Translations under genes and position numbers: made by a program
Shown: piece by piece, positions 16,774 through 20,170 of the stretch
Numbering within the stretch: position 1 is the stretch's first letter
How the letters are laid out: each line of letters opens with the position of its first letter
Assembly: GCA_044236265.1 (NCBI GenBank)
Contig: JBIIGV010000049.1
Coordinates: forward strand, 1-20,170
Source of the DNA: Oligoflexales bacterium
Lineage (GTDB): Bacteria; Bdellovibrionota_B; Oligoflexia; Oligoflexales; RGVZ01
Reading direction: 5' to 3'
Length of the DNA stretch: 20,170 nucleotides
Notes under the pieces: model-generated
Seen by the model: only the letters and a program-made list of their open reading frames with translations
What the model was told of the DNA's origin: nothing
Database searches by the model: none

Positions 16774-17841
16774 TTAAGACTGTCCAGCCGCCTCAACAAG
16801 TATCTGAACAATCTTTGACGGCACAGACGCCACGTTCGCCGTTTGCTGGGCATCTTTTATGTCCTTAGCGGAGTCCGCTAATTTAAAAATTGATTCCTGA
16901 AATTTAGCTGGTGTTATCGTGGATTCCTTGAGCTGACTTGCCCAGCCTTTTGCTTCAAAACTATTGGCATTCAATATTTGATCACCACGGGAACCGATTT
17001 CGAGGGGAATGAGAAGCATTGGCTTATTCAGAGCCAAAAGTTCGAAAATACTGTTGGCCCCTGCCCTACTAACGACTAGCTCAGATGCTGCAAAAATATC
17101 TTTGAGTTGCTCACCTACAAACTCGAATCCACGATAACCAGGAGAAGAGACATTGATCGACTTACCCTTACCGGTGAGATGAACAATATTAAACTTAGAT
17201 AAGAGGTCGGGCAGGACATCGCGTAGTGCATCATTGATTCTCTGGGCGCCTTGACTGCCGCCCATCACCAACAAAATTGGCTTTTTATCATTAAACCCGC
17301 AATATGATCTCCCCGATTCGACATCTCCAGAAAAGAGGTCAGGCCTAACAGGGCTGCCAACCAAGATCGCCTTGTCAGATCGAAGATATTTCTGAGTCTC
17401 GGGAAAGGTATAGAGAATCTTTTTTGAAAAAGGAGCAATAATCTTATTGGCCAGACCGGGAGAGTAATCCGATTCGTGAGTCACAACCGGCACCCCACAC
17501 ATCCAAGCAGCAAGAGTCACAGGGACTGCAACGAATCCGCCTTTACTGAAAATTACAGCAGGACGCAGTCTTAGCATCAATACAAATGCCTGAACAAACC
17601 CCGCAACAATTCGAAAAACATCCAAAAAATTCTGCAAACTGAAATAGCGTCGAAGCTTTCCAGTAGAAATTTCGTGAAATGGTATTCCATGTTTCACGGC
17701 TAGCTCTTTTTCAATGCCACCCGACCCAATATAAACAACGTCGAAATTGCTTTTACGTAGCTCTGACAAAATTGCCAAATGCGGCATTACATGGCCAGCC
17801 GTACCACCTCCAGTCAAAACAATTCGACGTCGACGGCTCAA
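16774..17841 (-). CDS. murG: Undecaprenyl-PP-MurNAc-pentapeptide GlcNAc transferase
   Basis: LTGGGTAGHV, FSKGGFV, HESD, GSPVR, MGGSQGA, SRAGANS, RGDQILNA; the TTG start overlaps the upstream TGA. Confidence 0.96.
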   Translation of the reverse strand: MSRRRRIVLTGGGTAGHVMPHLAILSELRKSNFDVVYIGSGGIEKELAVKHGIPFHEISTGKLRRYFSLQNFLDVFRIVAGFVQAFVLMLRLRPAVIFSKGGFVAVPVTLAAWMCGVPVVTHESDYSPGLANKIIAPFSKKILYTFPETQKYLRSDKAILVGSPVRPDLFSGDVESGRSYCGFNDKKPILLVMGGSQGAQRINDALRDVLPDLLSKFNIVHLTGKGKSINVSSPGYRGFEFVGEQLKDIFAASELVVSRAGANSIFELLALNKPMLLIPLEIGSRGDQILNANSFEAKGWASQLKESTITPAKFQESIFKLADSAKDIKDAQQTANVASVPSKIVQILVEAAGQS

Positions 17842-18341
17842 TTTGAACTCTCCTCAGCAGTCTCGATCGCCGAAAGTAGACTTGGTAACTGCATTGCTAA
17901 CGGATAGTACCTTTGAATAGCAGCTACGATCTCTGTCTTCTCAGCCACGAAAAATATCGTTTCCTTACCGGTCGTCGCAGCAACTGACTTCAAACGCTCA
18001 GGATCCGTGGGGTCTGCGATTGCGACCTTCAACTTTGACCCATCCGAACTTATTTCGAACGGAAAGACGGTATGCTCGAGGGCAAGATTATAGGGAACAA
18101 ATTTGAAAACATCGTGACTAACACTTCTTGATGGCAATCGAGCCACACGCTGCAGCTTCATAAAGTCTGATAAAATATCCGCCATTTTTGATTCTTCGAC
18201 GATATTTGTCTCGATGCACGCGCGAAATCCATCGACCTTCCAACGATCCATAAAACCACGGATAACCCTCTGGGTTGATGTCGACAAGACACCCCGGGAT
18301 TTCAAAATTTCAAAAATGGGGACGGGTTTGTCAGGATTCAT
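17838..18341 (-). CDS. Stand-alone GspE/PilB N-terminal (MshEN / T2SSE_N-like) domain protein
   Basis: Helical N-part (IFEILKSRGVL...NIVEESKMADIL), then VPYNLALEHTVFPFE...LKVAIADPTD...TTGKETIFFVA..TEIVAAIQRYYP, typical of the PilB/GspE N-domain. No ATPase domain. Confidence 0.8.
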   Translation of the reverse strand: MNPDKPVPIFEILKSRGVLSTSTQRVIRGFMDRWKVDGFRACIETNIVEESKMADILSDFMKLQRVARLPSRSVSHDVFKFVPYNLALEHTVFPFEISSDGSKLKVAIADPTDPERLKSVAATTGKETIFFVAEKTEIVAAIQRYYPLAMQLPSLLSAIETAEESSN

Positions 18342-19050
18342 TTTGGATCACCCATTCAACCAAATAGTCGTTAACGCCTGTTAGGGACACTAGAAGCCCT
18401 TCGCCAGTCTGTTCCCGACACAGTGTGACTTTTCTACGCATTACACCTAGAAATCCACCCCATTTTAGCACGGTACAGCTTTGGATGTCATCGGCACGAT
18501 TAGCCTTCGGAGCATGATCAACCTTCATAGTGATCGCAAAATCTCGATGGACATCTTGCCCCTTCAAGGAAACCTGCCCAGCAGATGAAGAATTTAGTGT
18601 CAATTGTTGTAGCCAGGCTGATGGCCAGACTCCGGAAAGCACACAGCCAATTTCTTCTGCGAGAATTGGGATTTCAAAACCATCGATCGAAACAATACCT
18701 TGGATATTTTCAGAAATTTTAAGACCCTTTGGGCCCACGACATTCCAACTGGGCATACGTCGCGAAACTTCAAAAACCGTGTCGCCCAAGATAGAATTGA
18801 ATTGAATATCTGCATTCCGCGCGTCAACTATGGACCAGACCATGTTTGATGAAAATACGCGTATTCCAGATTTCTTAACCGTTAAAAGAGCATCACTGTC
18901 AGCAGGCCAGCAATTCTGAAACATTGGCTGGAAAACAATTGGGATCGCGGCTGGAGCTCTTTGCTTTAGGGTTGTCACACAAGATGCGGCGAGCAAGTTG
19001 ATGATGATTCCAAATAGGATCGCAGAAAGGAGATACAATTTCCGAGACAA
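18331..19050 (-). CDS. Lipoprotein, LolB-like (putative outer-membrane lipoprotein insertase)
   Basis: Lipobox LAASC (Cys24, Val at +2); MVW...IQFNSILGDTVFEV...GPKG...DGFEIPI...VLSGVWP parallels the LolB core; it directly follows the TPR gene, as lolB does in Pseudomonas. Confidence 0.6.
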   Translation of the reverse strand: MSRKLYLLSAILFGIIINLLAASCVTTLKQRAPAAIPIVFQPMFQNCWPADSDALLTVKKSGIRVFSSNMVWSIVDARNADIQFNSILGDTVFEVSRRMPSWNVVGPKGLKISENIQGIVSIDGFEIPILAEEIGCVLSGVWPSAWLQQLTLNSSSAGQVSLKGQDVHRDFAITMKVDHAPKANRADDIQSCTVLKWGGFLGVMRRKVTLCREQTGEGLLVSLTGVNDYLVEWVIQNES

Positions 19051-19052
19051 AA

Positions 19053-20170
19053 CTAGCCCCCCTCAGAAACGAGACTTTTGTACTTCTTTTGAATTCTTTC
19101 CTGGTCACGGCGTTCATTTTTGCATTTTAAGGCCTTCTCATAGGCATCACGCGCTTTCTTTAAATCACCGAGCTCGACATGAGTATCGGCAACGTGCTCC
19201 CAAATGACACCCTCATCGCCGGCGAGCGTGACGGCGCGTTCAAGAACTTCCAGCGCTCGTTTAAATTGTTTCTTCTGAAAGTAAAGCCAACCCAGCGAGT
19301 CCAAATATGCGCCATTTTCCGGTTGGATTTTAATTGCTCGCTTAATAAGGTCCTCTGCCTCGTCAAACGCGCGCCCTTGCTCAACTAGCATGTAACCCAG
19401 AAAATTCAATGCTGCAGCATCATTTGGAGAGGCTGCTATAACATCCCTCATGGCCGCCTCTGCTTCGCCCATATTCCCGTAACGCTCTAGGTAAGCGCCC
19501 CTAGCAAATATCAAACGCGTATTTTTTGGAAATTTCTTCAAACCACGATCAATGGATTCAATTGCCTCCCGGAAATTATCTCCAGCAGCAAAAACCTCTC
19601 CAAGCAGCAAATACGCTAGCGGCTGAACGTCCGGGCGGTCGCAAAGATTTTTTAAAATTATGATGGCATCATTTCGTCGCTCGAGTTCAATAAGAATTAC
19701 GGCCTGAAGCCTCAAGGCGTCACTTTTTAACGGTGACTCGTTTTGAATTTTTGCAAATTGATCCAATGCCTCAGTTAGTTTGCCGATTTTCTGCAATGCG
19801 GCTGCATAGACGAATGTCGCTCGATCTGATTCGGGAAGCTGTGCAATCAATTCCTGAGCCTCTTTGAAGGCATCGTCATTTTTATTCATCTCCCAAAGAA
19901 TGATCACTTTCTGCATTCTCAAACCCGGGACCTCGTCCCTCGCGTTTTCGATCATGTCATCAAGAAGGGAGACGGCATTTGCCAAATTTCCCAGTTCTTT
20001 GTAAAGCGCTATCATTCTCGAAACGAGTTCTTGATTTCCTGGATTGAAGCGATAGAGCTGCTCATACAGCTTGACCGCATCCTTACCCCTTTTGTTGAGA
20101 TCCAGAGATAGTGCGTAAATCAATGCCAGTTCTGGATTGCTTTCCTGAAGCTCCCAGGCCCTTCGAGCTG
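19053..20170 (-). CDS. Tetratricopeptide-repeat protein, LbcA/PA4667-like (5'-truncated by window)
   Basis: The frame stays open to the window end (ARRAWELQESNPELALIYAL...); multiple TPRs; characteristic C-terminal AALNFLGYML...AYLDSLGWLYF...IWEHVAD. Confidence 0.9.
   Translation of the reverse strand, partial: ARRAWELQESNPELALIYALSLDLNKRGKDAVKLYEQLYRFNPGNQELVSRMIALYKELGNLANAVSLLDDMIENARDEVPGLRMQKVIILWEMNKNDDAFKEAQELIAQLPESDRATFVYAAALQKIGKLTEALDQFAKIQNESPLKSDALRLQAVILIELERRNDAIIILKNLCDRPDVQPLAYLLLGEVFAAGDNFREAIESIDRGLKKFPKNTRLIFARGAYLERYGNMGEAEAAMRDVIAASPNDAAALNFLGYMLVEQGRAFDEAEDLIKRAIKIQPENGAYLDSLGWLYFQKKQFKRALEVLERAVTLAGDEGVIWEHVADTHVELGDLKKARDAYEKALKCKNERRDQERIQKKYKSLVSEGG

Overview
Gene-dense chromosomal window from a diderm bacterium; gene content and style suggest Bdellovibrionota/Oligoflexia or another deltaproteobacteria-like lineage (inference only). 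It holds 19 CDS (two truncated by the window edges) and one tRNA-Asn(GTT). Order: partial murJ, Ser/Thr-rich outer-membrane barrel, icmF, ogt, aroB with a ~105-aa N-terminal extension, single-domain response regulator, tRNA-Asn with bidirectional terminator, lipoprotein-barrel fusion, FixJ-type regulator, sixA, esterase, gltX, tandem QueD-like protein, another barrel, trpG/pabA-type amidotransferase, PDZ-TlpA, and a tightly coupled minus-strand operon TPR protein > LolB-like lipoprotein > stand-alone degenerate MshEN/GspE-N protein > murG. I found no mobile element, CRISPR array, prophage or defence system. The best candidates for undescribed biology are the TPR-LolB-like-MshEN-murG envelope operon, the tandem QueD-like protein with catalytic motifs split between its domains, the lipoprotein-barrel fusion and the receiver protein with an SspB-like motif. 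All calls come from motifs read by eye and reference sequences recalled from memory; no searches were run.
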